64,000 bases of DNA from Leptogorgia sarmentosa (lineage: Eukaryota). The translations under genes were made by a program, and so were the position numbers. Under the pieces are notes generated by a model. It searched no databases. It was given only the letters and a program-made list of their open reading frames with translations, and had not been told where the DNA came from. Position 1 is the stretch's first letter. Every line of letters begins with the position of its first letter. Positions 13,980 to 27,244 of the stretch are shown here, piece by piece. The DNA lies in NCBI GenBank assembly GCA_964658305.1, contig OZ210885.1:4464001-4528000 (forward strand). The letters are read 5' to 3'.

Positions 13980-15215
13980 GAATATAATTTTAAATTCAAT
14001 CTCGAATTTGACATACACTCCCAGGGCGCTTTGCATTCCAGACTCCGAGCGCCGTTTGCAAGTGGATGTGGTGTAACCACAGATGCCTTACTGAAAATTT
14101 CTGGTCAAGGTGCTGTCTATGTGAGACTGTTGGACAAATATGATATCAGTGATTCTGACACAGATTCAGACTCTGGTGAAGAGCTGATTCAAACCACATT
14201 ATCTTTTTGTAAGTCCAGAAGAATTACATTAACAAGTAACATGTACTTTAATTGTGTAAACCTCTTTAATGTCATCATGTCAGCAAATCTGTCACTATCA
14301 TCATTGATCATGGAATCATACTTCTTTCAACAGCTACAGATGCTACTACAGCTAACAAAAGAAATGATCAAGAAATAATGAGCAACAGATCTAGATCAAC
14401 AGGTGATCGAGTGGTGTTACCATTTGAAGGTATACAGAATTTGCAATTGTTCATATTTTAGTACTACAAGGCTGTTTTTGGAATTTGCATCCTCTTAACT
14501 TATCCTTACACTTGTTGTCATTAACTGAAGCCACATACAACATTTACGGTACATTTATATTACAAATTGTACATTGTAACAAATGATTTTTACAATCATT
14601 TTAGATGTCTTTGGCAATGATAATGATCTGGACCAAACATTATTAGAATTGCCTGACATGTCAGACACTGCAGTTGGCCAAGTCTCACGAGGATTACTGG
14701 ATTCAACAGAAAGTGGACAAACTTCTGAATCAAATCCGGGTGCAGGGGACCCTGTTTTACTATTGTCGGGAGAAATACAAGAGAGAATGGAAATTTCTCT
14801 TCATAGAACCATTCTTAGAAAAGAACTGATGTCTATCTTCGAACACAAGGACATCATGACCAAATTCGTGGTAGTAAAGATGATCAACGAACATGGGAAC
14901 GAAGAAAAAGGGGAAGGCATAGGAGTGATTAGTGATGCTCTCTCCCTCTTCTGGCAGGATGCATACATCAGTTTGATGTTGGGAGAAGACGAAAGAGTGC
15001 CTTGCATACGGCATGATATGAACAAAAATCATTGGCAAGCTGTGGCTCGAATTTTTCTGAAAGGATTTATCCAGGAAAAATATTTTCCAATTCAGATATC
15101 TCAAGTTTTCATTGTATCACTAGTTTTTGGAGAAGAACTGATTTCCAAGGAGATGTATTTGGAGTCAGTTAAAAGATATGTGTCAAGAGCAGAGGTAGAG
15201 CAGGTAGAGAACGTT
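13980..15215 (+). pseudogene. Spliced, truncated HECT-like (G2E3-type) domain gene fragment
   Basis: EEKGEGIGVISDALSLFWQ..WQAVARIFLKGF..YFPIQIS resembles a HECT N-lobe; acceptor-like sites near 13979 and 14605; ends abruptly at the next element. Confidence 0.55.
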
Positions 15216-16357
15216 TGGGAATGAAGTGTTGACTGGTAATGTTAAATTTTTCCTGTGGTTCGCAAAGAGCAACGAAATGATTCTTCCTTGAAGGGATTTT
15301 TCTTTTTTCCAAAAAGTCTAGTGGCATGGTAGCACAACGAAATATGTGCACATTATTTTCAGGTATATCAAAGTTCAAACATTCTCGTGGATGGATGGTG
15401 CAATTAAACATTTTGGAAAGGGAATTCCACTTTTCTTGTGGTGTCTGATCATTTACTACAGGGTAATAAGACTCTATGGTACAGGTAGAAACTGATGCCA
15501 ATGCAAACATACACACCATAGAAGAAAATTCATAATTATGTGCATTATTCTTAGCTTCTGCTATAATTGCTGCCAAATGATCCTCTTCCTCATACACCGA
15601 AAGTGCAGTATTTGATAAGCACATTGCAAATGTATTGTTAAGTGAAGTGAATGCCCCAACACCATGCTGCTGTTTAATTAAAGGATGGTCGGCGTAGTAT
15701 CCAGCATGCTCAAACAACTCAATACTGGTAAGACAGCGCAAATATGCTGACAGGTTTTCACATCCAACAAGGGCAATTGAGCAGGCATTGTATAAACAGT
15801 TCCCATTAGCCAATGTATAATAGTCAGAAACATTGGATTTGAATTGGTATTATCAAGAATCAGTGCAGTCGGTCGTATCAAATCATATTTATGATCAAAT
15901 TCACGTCAAATACGTCCATGGCACTACGACTGAAGGTGCTTGAACATTCCTTCTTGCACAATTTGTCAATTTCAGATTCGTATTTTCCGGAGTAATGTAT
16001 ATCAATTTACATATTATATACCATTTTATAAATCATTTACATAATATATATTTACATACAGAGTGGGCACCCCACGCTTTGAATCGACATTATTGAACCA
16101 TACCTAACAGGAATCCTGGATTGTGATCTTCTGATCTGACTTTTGGGAAACTGTAGCTTCGAAAAGTGACATTTCCGAACTGTAATTTGGTCGCCACTTC
16201 GAGCGGCACAAATGCTCTCCTGAATGACGACCTTTTCACATTGTTCTCGCAGCAGCTTCAGCAGTTGTGTAATATCTTTATTACAATTTGATTGTCTAAA
16301 AATATCCCCGAGTTTCTGTAGAACGTTACCATCCACCATTTCACTATGGCATGACAA
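15169..16357 (-). pseudogene. Vertnin-like OTU cysteine protease gene, frameshifted
   Basis: ANGNCLYNACS (catalytic Cys box) and NHFVAL (His box) in ORF 15169-15813; broken coding sequence upstream. Confidence 0.7.
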
Positions 16358-19300
16358 GCAAAGTGAAGGCGCGCAATTAAAGACACTGCTTTCCGATCGT
16401 TTCCGCAGATTTCATTTCAAATATATTGTGCAATAAAAACAAGGCCACTGTTGCCAACGTTGGCCAAGTCATACCCAACTGATCAAATCTGTGATATTTG
16501 ATTGGCTGCCTCCCCTTTAGCGTTGCCTGAATTCGCTAAGAAGTCTGCTGACTGTTGCCAAAATTGCGGTCGCATATCTTTACGAAATCTTTCTGAACCA
16601 GTTGAAGTACCATTCAGTTTGTAATCGCCGATCTTCGTAGTACGATCGTCTTTGCGGGTTTTCCCCTTCCACTGCAAGGGTCATAGATCATGCGGAACAA
16701 TTTACAACAACATGTTTCAATCAATCCGCATAAAAGAACCTTGATTTCAAGTTCCTCTCTTTTGGGAGAAATATGAAATATGAATTCGATGAGAATTATC
16801 ATATGAGATTGTTTTATATATGTGAGTATTTATAGTTATATCCTTGTCAAATTCTGACTGTCGCCCGAGCAACGTTGGCCATCGCTTGGTCCGCCCCTGA
16901 GATAGCTAGTTGTTTATTTAAACACTTGCCTTCAATGAAAGACACACATTTCTTAAGATCAGGTGACGTCTTATTCTTATAGTACATGCATACAAGTGTG
17001 TATACTGTTCCATCCTCCACAATATCTTCACTATCTGTTGCTTTGACCAAACCATTTTTGTGTGAAAACGAATGTTTTTTAGTTCCATTGTTTTGCCACA
17101 CTCTCATGTCCAGCCCAAGATTTAAATTTGGAAACATCCAGTAAAAAGGTCACGTTGTTTGATACGTTTGTTGGAACCACGTCGCATGTTCGCTCAGGTG
17201 GATGTGGTCTCAGAAGAACTGCTACCATTTCTTCAACTGGTAGAATATACGTCCCAGTTTTATAGATAGGAAGGGAAAGGTCGTCTCTGTAATATCCTTG
17301 AAAGTCCCTGTATGATTTAAATAATGCAAAGCTATTTTACCTGTACATATATGCATGCATGCTGGTCTGATGCATGTCTTCTTTTGGAAAACAAATCATT
17401 GTTGTATACGTACTCTTCATCAGTGTCATTATCACTGTCGTGCCAAGATTCTGACATGGAACTCTCCTCATCGTCAATGAACTCCTAGATAATAGATATT
17501 AGTTTGCATAATTTACAGCTACCACAAGAATTAGCTACGAAAAACATAATGGTGAATATGTAAACAACAGCATTATTGATTATAACCAAGTTGCATATAA
17601 TTCTATACCTTTCATTCTTTTCTTTTCAACTTTTTGACGTGGCCAGCAGAACTGAGAGGAGAAGGCGTTCTGGATTTGCTGCATGTAATTACAGAAAAAG
17701 AAATATCAATACTTATAGTTCAAATGTACAAAAGCGCCAGACAATAATGCATAAAAGAAATTTATCTTTCCAAGTTATGACGTAATTACCGTTTAATTGG
17801 TGAAAGTTCGTCCTCTGAGCTTAAAACTAGTACTATTGGTGTGCTCTTTGAAGCGCCATCCTCCTGTAAAAACATATTACCATTCATTCCTGTTCAATTC
17901 TAGAGTAAGACATCTCACTGATAGTAGCAGCTTTGGGCCCGAAAGTCTGAGTCTTAAGTTTACATGCAGTATAATTTCAGGCAACTCGTCTAGGCGTCTT
18001 CTTATTGTTTTAATTACAATATTCAGTCATTTTGTTGCCAGACCACGTTTGTGAGTTCTCATGATTTTTATAATTTTTATTAATTATTAAAATTATTATT
18101 AGTTAAAAAAGGGTAAGTTCAAAAAATTAGCGTCCACGCCCGCATTTTAACTACACCCTGCCGCAAGGTCAGTAGGTCGCATTTAGCAAAAACGGGGATG
18201 CGTTTAATCCGAACACTATGCGACAAAATCGATAAGTAATAACTTTACTGCTAGGGTCATTAGGATTTCCTAACCACAAAAACCTCAAAAAATCTCGATC
18301 CGCTTCGTCTACTTCAACGTTTAAAAAGGCCTTTTCAATATCGCCTACTAATGCTACTGTTTTCTCTCGAAATCTCAACAAAATGTGAAATAACAAAGGG
18401 TTAAGTGATGGCCCTTTCAACAAACAATCATTTAACAACATGCTCGTCTTATCGTTCTTAGCTGAGGCGTCATAAAGGACTCTTAACTTTGTGGTTTTGG
18501 CTTCTCTTCTAATAACTGGGAGATGCGGAATATGATAAACTGTCATGGACTCATCCTCGTCCGGAACCTTTTCTACTACCCCAGATGTGATTTGTTCGGA
18601 AATCACCTTATTATATTCTTGTAGTACGGCCGGCTCTTTTCTAAGTTTTCGAACCTGTGATTTCAAGCCCGCCAAACTCAATTCGTAATTACTGGGCAGG
18701 CTGTCATGACCATCTCGCCATGGGAGCTTAACGGAATAGCGACTCCCGTTAAACGTGATGCTTTCAACGAATTCATCATGTATCTTGTTGCTTTCGACAA
18801 CCCCTAAGGTCTCCAAATCCCACATTCGTTTTACCCTCTCGTCTAGTTGTTTAGTACAGTCTGTAACAAAGTTTACTCCCACCTCAGTACTTGGGCTGTG
18901 CTTCATTGGGCCACTCGTTACCCATCCTAAACAAGTCTCTAAGGCTTCTGGCTCGTCTACCGTACCTCGCACGATTTTGCCTGTCTGAAAGCGCCACAAA
19001 TAATCTGTTCCTATTAAAATGTCTATTTCTAACTTCTCATCCTTCCTACAAACATCCGAAAACCATATGTTAGCCAAATGTGGGTAATCATTTCGTGCAA
19101 TTTCCAGGTGCTCATTTTGAACTTGTGAAATCTCCGGCACAACAATCGCTTCCAAACTTGTGAAATCTCCGGCACAACAATCGCTTCCAAACTTGAAATT
19201 TTACCTCCCCCCACAGGAGCTAGGTCGACATGCATTACCTCTCTGAGGTTAGAGCCTACAGCTTTCTGACCAAAGGTGTTTAACGCTACCCATTCTTTTC

Positions 19301-19646
19301 GCAGGGCTCGCAATCCTAGCGCTGTGGTGGCTCGCGCTGTGATGAACGACTTATGCCTACCAGTATATCGAATAATATGCGCACTCTGTGTTTGCTTTTA
19401 CCTAGCGCCTGTGCTTGTGCCGTCTGTAATACTACCCTATTACTAGTTATAACTTGACAGTTGGTGCAGTTTGCTTCCTTATTGCCATCTTCTTCAGGGC
19501 TATTCCCTTCTCTTTCAACACCACACAATGCTTTGTGGTGCTCACCTTTACATGCACTACACTTAACTGAAATCTTACATTCCCTAGCTAAATGTCCTTT
19601 CCTTAAACAATTATAACATCTACCAAACTTCAATTCTCTCGTTATA

Positions 19647-20158
19647 CAGTACCGACCACGGGAAAGTTAACAATCCCGTATCCCGTCCCGTGGGATTGGA
19701 ATCCCATCCCGTGGGACGGGAATCCCATCCCACGGGATAAAAATCCCGTCCCGCAGGATTAAAATTCTGTTCTGAAATTCCGTATAATTCCGCACAATCA
19801 ATATAAATACATAGTAATTCTACCCCTTCACCTTCTAAAATTTGCAATATTTGCGATGGTTTATAACCTTCTTCCTTCAATTTCACAATCCGCTCTTTGC
19901 TGTGGTGGTTTAACCTTCCCATTTTGGCGTGGAGTTGTGAACAGTTTCAAATTTGAAAGTTATGTAACATATACGTAAACAAATACTATTGTAACCCAAG
20001 CGACGCATTTCCCTTCCCACGCTATGGCATGCATTCTCGTCCCGCGAAAAATTTTTCCCGCGGGACTAGAAAGCTATCCCGCGGGACTAGAAATCCCGTC
20101 CTGTGGGACGGGAATCCCGTCCCGCACAGGACTGTTAACTTTCCCGTGGTCGGTACCG
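19647..20158 (-). mobile_element. Tc1/mariner-type non-autonomous element
   Basis: TIR C(A/G)GTACCGACCACGGGAAAGTTAACA, TA on both sides, subterminal TCCCG/CGGGA repeats, residual HTH-like N-terminus MGRLNHHSKERIVKLKEEG. Confidence 0.88.
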
Positions 20159-20488
20159 TACACATGTTCAACAGTTCATTTATGTACGTTCGCTGTATTA
20201 CCATCTTTACCGTAACATTTCTTTAATAGGTTGACAGCGGCCTCGTAATTATCGGCGGTTAAGGCAAACCCTTGAATGGTCGATCTTGCGGGTTCCAACA
20301 ATAGACCACGCAAATAAGAAAATTTGTCTACATCACTTAGGTTGTCATTTTCATGGATAACACTGGTAAACCTGTCCCAGAATTCCTGCCACTCATGAAC
20401 TTTTCCCAAGAACTTGGGAACTTCAAGTCGGGGCAGCCTTATATTTGATGTCTGTGGTACAGCGCTACTCGATGCAACTGACGCACTT

Positions 20489-20850
20489 CAGTGGCGTAAC
20501 ACAACCTCTGGGGGCCCTCCAACAGTCGACCACTTTGGGGCCCCCTTTGCTCCACTAATTAATAGGGTGAATTTACCACTTATGTCTACACAACGGCAAA
20601 ACTCACTTTGTTACGGAATAGACTCGAACCGGGGAGGGGCATGGAAATAAGTATGTATACATTGTATGCAAAATGATAACATAATCACATTAATAGGCAA
20701 CTTCACCGGCACCTGCCTATCTGTCTGTTTTTCGTATTTGAATTTCCCAGAAATGTGCTATCAATTTTTTATGTTCATTTTGTCGGGGGTCCCTAAAGTT
20801 CGGGGGCCCCCTGTCACTGGAAACCCTGACACCCCTATGTTACGCCACTG
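20489..20850. mobile_element. hAT-type MITE
   Basis: TIR CAGTGGCGTAACA; 8-bp TSD ACGCACTT at 20481-20488 and 20851-20858. Confidence 0.92.
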
Positions 20851-22543
20851 ACGCACTTGCAAACGAAACTTCCTTTCTGACGTTCTTGTTAAGTTTATTG
20901 TTAATTTTCAAAAGAATTTTTTGTACCTCAGACGTGAAGGTTTCCGACTCTTCTATATCGTCCTCAATCTCCCCTTCGTTGTCACTCTGGCCACTCAGGA
21001 TGTTGATGATCTGATCGTCCAGATCCTTCAACGTTTTTAACTTTCCGGTTAAGGTGATTCTTCTTTCATCTAAGGCAATTCTCTCTTCTGCCCCGTTCGC
21101 AAAGGACTCCAACAACTCGCCGGTTGTGCCAAGAAGCTTTTTCACGTAGCTTCTATGCCCACCACAAGTCTTTTGCGTTTCTTTGCCAAGTCTGTCATTT
21201 TCCTTCGCTATCTGGCTCGAATGACCAGGTTTCGCAAACTTTACCCACTGTCGCAATCAGGGAAGCTTGCACACACTGGTTCTTTATTTCAGGGACTGTA
21301 TCTTTTGTTTTAATTCTTTATTATGTAAAATTGCGTTACAAAGCCTATTTACAACAATCGTTTGCGGTCTATCACAATCTAATTTCATGTCTGCGTCTCT
21401 CTGACTATCTCTCTCTCATCTAAATTTTTCTCCTTCTTTTATAATCGCGTTTTTAGTGCAAAGTTTCTTCAAAACTTTGCAGTATTGTGATGAGTGGGGG
21501 AAAATTCACATCAGCGATTCATTCATAGTGTAAACTCCGGGGGGAGCGTCCCAAATTCTCCTGATATGCGAAACTCCATAGTTGACTGATATCCTTGGAA
21601 TGTTTAAACAAAAATGATTCGATTGCAGTTATATATCATTGCTCATCATTATTTGCAGTTGTTCTCATCGATACGAAAGTTAGTTAGATGAGAAATGTGA
21701 TCAAAGAACTGAAAGAAGCTCACAAATACAATACACAATGGCGGAGGCCCCTCCGGAATTTCAGTTTTTGCAAAAATTGCAACTCAGCACATCTCTGGGG
21801 AATGAAATTACACAATATGGCGGACGCTAAGAGTGGGACCGTGAATCAGTAATTCACTGTAATGATAATATAATGTAGCCAACATGTCTGAATGCGTTGA
21901 TGAAGCAGATAAAATGTTCTTTATATATCAGCAATGAATCTAGAGATTTGAATTTATTATCATTATTAGTAGAAGAAAACTTGTATTTGGCTCGTCATGC
22001 ACAATTTAAAATCGCTACTGTTAACTGCCGCCGTGCGTATTATATTAAAACATTTAGTTGGCCGACATTGCCTTCGCAATTTGCAAATAGCGGGCAAACT
22101 GAGATGTGTAGCACAGTAGAACTCGTCATAACAAGATAGCCATAATTTTGTATGGTATTTAGTTAATATGGTTGTCATAGCCAACATATTTGCGAGCTTT
22201 CGCATTTATAGCTTTCGTGTTTGTTTTCGCCGTCTTCGACTCTTCCCGTCTTCTGGCCTCGCGGTTGTTTGTTTCTACCGGGGATTTACAGAATTTTCGA
22301 TACTAAAAGAACTAAACCATATACAGGCATACAAAAGTAAATTTAACGTTCGCCTGATACTGTGAATAAACTGGATATTTTATTACGACGCAGAAGTATC
22401 AGTACGATGTGTAGGTATTTTAAAAAGGTCAGAGGTCAGAGATTTATCTGATTTGCTTTTAACACGCGCGCTGCTGCGACTGCCAGTTGCTTTCTAACAA
22501 TAAAATAGGGATTATTTTCAAAATATGATTTTAATGTCTTCTT

Positions 22544-22673
22544 AAGCCCGTTTCAAACGTGGAATTTTGGTCGCATCGAATGCAATTCAAACAATGGATG
22601 AGATGACTAACTTCATTATCTATTGTTTGAATTGCATTCGATGCGACCAAAATTCCACGTATGAAACGGGCCT
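22544..22673. mobile_element. Palindromic MITE (Harbinger-like)
   Basis: Arms of about 50 bp, GCCCGTTTCA.ACGTGGAATTTTGGTCGCATCGAATGCAATTCAAACAAT; TTA/TAA flanks. Confidence 0.75.
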
Positions 22674-22961
22674 TAGAAACTTTGCACTATCCTTGGATCC
22701 CTAGTTCTCACTCTTGGCACAAACAATATATTTTTGCTGCCAAGGCGCGTGTTCCAGCATAAGCTGCTAGCATTATTTCAATTTCCTACGTGTATATCCG
22801 TACATACAAATAACTTTTACTTGGCACAAGCAACATGTTTGTGCCCACAGATGGTTAATCACTATAATAATCATCATAATTTTAACCACAGATGGTTAAT
22901 CTTGTTTTTGTGCTTTTGCATAACGACATCCATATCCGCGACAGCCATATGAAGTTGTGAA

Positions 22962-23887
22962 CTAGACAACTAGTATTTCTCTAAAACCTGCTGCAACACT
23001 TTTGAAATACCAACACTTTTGAACGGACGCCATGCCTGGCGTCGTTTCTAACGACAATGGGTTAACGTGGTTTTTTGATATCCAGCATCCAAGGACAAGA
23101 CATAAATACTTACTATATCTGGTAGGATTACTGAGATATATGGGTGGAAAGTCTTTTGTTGGTAAATTATAACACGTGGTTATATTCTTAAACAAGGCGT
23201 CATTGTAACATGAAATTGTAACATGAAATATTTTTTCGGCCAAATCAATGTGGCACAGACTCCAATGATTACCAGGATGCTGGTCATTTCCCATGTATGT
23301 TTTACCTTTTTGGTCCCTGCCAATGTTTATGGCAAAAAAGAACTTTGTTGTGGTTTTTTCTCCATTGGTGAATTGCTTATGAAATGCAGGTGGTTTGTTT
23401 GTTCCGTTCATATATACATAGTAAGTAGCACTCTGAACTTTATTTAGGTTTGTCATTAGCCAGCAGATGTGGTCAGATGATACCCAACGGTCTCCACACA
23501 GATGTGATAATTCATCTGGAGATATACCATATGGTTTCAATATCTCGTCATACCGTTTGCAGTAAAGAAACTGTTGGAAATCAGCTATTTGGGCTGGTGG
23601 TGGGTGTTGGACAACTGTTACAGGTTTGTTGTATGGCTGTGAGAACCATGTAACTTCTTCTCTACCTCTACAGATGCTTGGATGCGCTTCATGGTGTTGA
23701 TCCTTGACAACTGGTTTGGGCAAATTATATTACCAACATTTGGTAGGGCACATTCATAGGCCAGTCCTCGACTAAATTGATTTAGCAATGGTGCCAGCTT
23801 CTTGGAGTTTTTCTTGAGAAAAGTCACCTGTAAATAGCATTCAATCTTGTTGAAATACAACCTAAAACGTTTCTCAGGATACCGCAT
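22962..23887 (-). pseudogene. Ulp1/C48-like protease fragment, probably transposon cargo
   Basis: LCGDRWVSSDHI and NHWSLCHID match the Ulp1 WLxDxxI and HW boxes; no catalytic QxNxxDCG box is visible. Confidence 0.55.
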
Positions 23888-24044
23888 CTAGTTGTTGCAT
23901 CAAAATAGTCAAAACAAACAGACGCATTATATAAAAATTTGTAAGTATGACCCGTCACCAGTGTAGATAAATTAAAAATTAGCTTACCCCTGTCTCTGCG
24001 TTCCACATTTTGGTTCAATTGTGTGTGAAATAGAAATATTGGAA

Positions 24045-24243
24045 ATATAAAATAAAATAAAAATATCGAATTATGGGTACTTTTCGGGTACATTTCCCAG
24101 ATGAGGACGCTATGAGGGAGGTGTAAGTCGGCCCCTAAACCTTGTTTGAGAGACACCTTTGCTTCGGTCGGGAGTTGAACCCAGCAATCACGGTGTTGCA
24201 CACACTGCGCGGACAGCGCGCTTGATCACTCGACCACCGTGGC
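24045..24243 (-). mobile_element. tRNA-derived SINE
   Basis: Minus-strand A box TGGTCGAGTGA and B box GGTTCAACTCC, then an unrelated body and a (TTTTA)n tail. Confidence 0.7.
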
Positions 24244-25837
24244 TTGCTGTTTGTCAAGGAGAAATCTTCTTGAATAGCGGGAACTATACTCTAAATAACA
24301 TGACGTTTGTGAAGCGACGACTGCTGGCACTCCCCAATGCTATTGACATTTTTTGCGAAATATGGGCATTTTTATTACCCTTCTTAACTTTTTAGGCTTT
24401 TCAACCCTTTTCACAGTGTTTGGGATGTTTGTCATTTAAAAAACGATTTAAAAGTTTCTTTGAAACTTTGCACTAAAAACAACTTTGTTCCTTTCAATCC
24501 TTTGCCGAATGTTGTTGGACGCAGTAATCAAAAAGCACCCGCACATGGAAGATTCGAGGTCGGTACTAGATCATGGTGACCTTACGCACATATCCGCGAC
24601 TGCTGTACATTCACGTCAGCGGTGATAGAAATTTCTATTGCCTGTAGCCCATAGCATTTGTATAAAGCGTTCAATATAAATACTTATCATTCGTATAAAT
24701 AGTGTTTGTATAAATACTTATAGCTTGTTGCAGGCGCTTTTTTCTCAGTACTGGAGATGAATTCTCAGCCGAACGATAGATTTCATTTCCCTTTTCTCGC
24801 CATTCGCACGAGACTGATTTCGACAGCATCTTTGAAATCACCTTGTTTGAATTTTGAAAGTGAAACTGCGTATGTCATTCCAGAAGTAACAGGGAAATAA
24901 TCTAACTTCGAAATACCAGAGGAGTAAGGAATAAAACATGGATGCGAACCTCTGGCTGAGGAAATACGTGGGTATAAGAAAATTAATGCGGGTAGAGGAG
25001 GAAATGTAGGGGAGAAACGGGTGGACAGGAGGATAAAACACGGATAAGAATATACGGATATGAGGAACCGCGATAAAACGCCGTGATATATTAATAACGC
25101 TAGAAACATTGTATGGCCAGTTGTTCAAAAACCGCTTAGTTTAACCCTGGGTTAACTTAAAATTTAAAGCAAATTGCCATGAATTTGTTTATGAATTTAG
25201 AAAGGTTTCTCCAGAAATCTTGTGCAGATCATTAATACCAACGTACTGTAAAACACTGGGTTAAATTTTAACCCAGGATTAGCCTCAACCTAGCTTTGAA
25301 TTAATATCTGAATTAATTAAATGTTGGTAATATATGAATAATATAAATGGTATCAAAAATCAACAAGCAGGTAAAGATCTAGTGCTACTGTACTATTGCC
25401 ATGATATAAGTTGAATATACACTTCTTGGATGACCTTTGATGTATTTATTTCTTACTAAAATAAGTCTTGGCTGGCCGGATTAGCGAAATATCTTTCAGC
25501 ACAATTGTGTACTACCTAGACTGTGGTCAGTACCTCATTGTTGTTTTTATTTTCTCAGATCTCTGATGAATACTTAATGACTACTTACATCAGTCTTCCA
25601 ATCATCCAAGGTGCACTTTGCAGAAACATATAGCTTCAAAGGAAGTGTATGAACACAAAAATATTCGAATAGCAGCACCAAATTGTCAGGCTGGCTTTGC
25701 CACTGCTATTTTTAACATCACAATATAATGGAACTATGTTTTCAAATCGAGGGAAATTTGACGATAACATTGATTAATATTTATTCGTGATAATTTAATT
25801 ATTATGATAAACATATTTAATAAGTATAAAAATATAC

Positions 25838-25918
25838 TGCAAATTTGAAAAGTGTAACATCAGATGTTACACTAATTTGAAAAGTGTAACATCAAATGTT
25901 ACACTTTTCAAATTTGCA
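25838..25918. repeat. Palindrome with internal duplication
   Basis: TGCAAATTTGAAAAGTGTAACAT...ATGTTACACTTTTCAAATTTGCA. Confidence 0.8.
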
Positions 25919-26079
25919 GTTTGTAAAGCTGTGCACTGGGCCAGCTTGTGTTGTACAGAAGCTGGCCTTGTGGCCACGTTGGCCACATCTCCAACACTTT
26001 GATCCTGTTGGGGAAAAAATTTATGGTCAGGAATAAATTGATTTCACTACAATTATACCTGTTGACATAAAAGGACAAA

Positions 26080-26595
26080 CCCTGTGGACATATCTTGACA
26101 CTGGTGCGGGCCGAAATTTTATTTCTCATGAGGCTGTGAAGAAGCTTGGTCTGAATTCAACACATCATGAATCCCGTGACATTGTAACCGTGAGTGGCAC
26201 ATCTACTCAATCCGTGCCTATATTCAAAACAACCATAACTTCTCTTGATGGGAAAGTACAGGAAGAAAGCGAATTAGCTGGTTCTAGGCTCCAGGATTTT
26301 AAGACAGTAAAGAGATCCGTAATGAACGAAGTAAAGATGAAGTATACGCACACTCAAGATAAAAGGTTTTATATGAACGCTAAAGGAGAATATCCAATCC
26401 ATCTCATACTCGGTGATGGAACGTACAGCAGAATCCGAACGGAGAATGTTTATAAAGGAAATCCTGGAGATCCTCTTGTGGAAGAAACAACATTTGGATG
26501 GGTCATTCATGGTGGTGAAGATTACTCGAGCGATGTGTGTGCATGTTCGCTAGAGAAATTAACGATTACGAACAGTTATACAGTCTTGATATTCT
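26080..26595 (+). pseudogene. BEL/Pao protease region, left part of the interrupted host element
   Basis: YLDTGAGRNFIS (aspartic protease DTG), IHLILGD, ETTFGWVIHG; ends EQLYSLDIL at the insertion point. Confidence 0.88.
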
Positions 26596-26610
26596 TCTTA
26601 ATACGTATCC

Positions 26611-27105
26611 CTAAATATTGTTCCTTTAACAATGCCATTTAAAGGTCAATTTCGCATGATTCACGGTCTGCTGCGCATATAACCGTTATTGGGCCAAACC
26701 ACAACATTATACGCATGGTCAATGAAGCGAAAAAATAATTTAAATTTGCAAATACGTGGTAGGAGAAGTGAAAATGTTTCACTATCATGTATGAATATAT
26801 TAAAACATAATATTAGGAACACATGTAAATGAAGGGGTCGTTCCCCTTTTGAAAAGGAACAGGTATTTAAACGGAACACATTGTTCCGTTTCAATTTAAG
26901 TTGTTCCGCACCGCCTATGTTCCGAAATTCGGAACGCTTTAACAAATGTTCATTAAGGAACAATAATAATTGGAGTTCCTTTATTTAGGAACAAAACCTT
27001 CCGCTCTTGCACATATAATAGGTGTTAAAGTGGAACGATTTGTTCCCTTTTCTTGGTCCCTTTTATTGTTCCCTTTGGTTGTTCCCTTTTATTGTTCCCT
27101 TGTGA
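26611..27105. promoter_or_regulatory. GGAAC/GTTCC pentamer cluster, putative protein-binding or origin array
   Basis: About 17 pentamers in both orientations within 500 bp; repeated at about 34380-34665. Function is inferred. Confidence 0.55.
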
Positions 27106-27244
27106 AGGAAGCAATGTCATGAACAATACATCTCTCACAATGCAGTGCCTTAGGCTGTTAATAAGAAAGTCAATTTATGCAGTTTGCATAAGTTGTTGTT
27201 ATAAAAGCCAAGGTACTTTTGATCGCAAACATTTTATCGTTTAT

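Larger units (their letters stand above)
18165..21510 (-). mobile_element. BEL/Pao retrotransposon 5' half: LTR, PBS, gag, zinc knuckle, protease, RT
   Basis: PBS TGGTCATTCGAGCC near 21227; WQEFWDRF..DKFSYL; CYNCLRKGHLAREC; RT motifs KLRVLYDASAK, GDIEKAFL and FGLNASPFLL; truncated in RT; hosts two MITEs. Confidence 0.92.

Noticed and set aside
24159..24243. Functional tRNA gene
   Set aside because: It has A and B boxes but no clean cloverleaf, and runs into a SINE-like body and tail.
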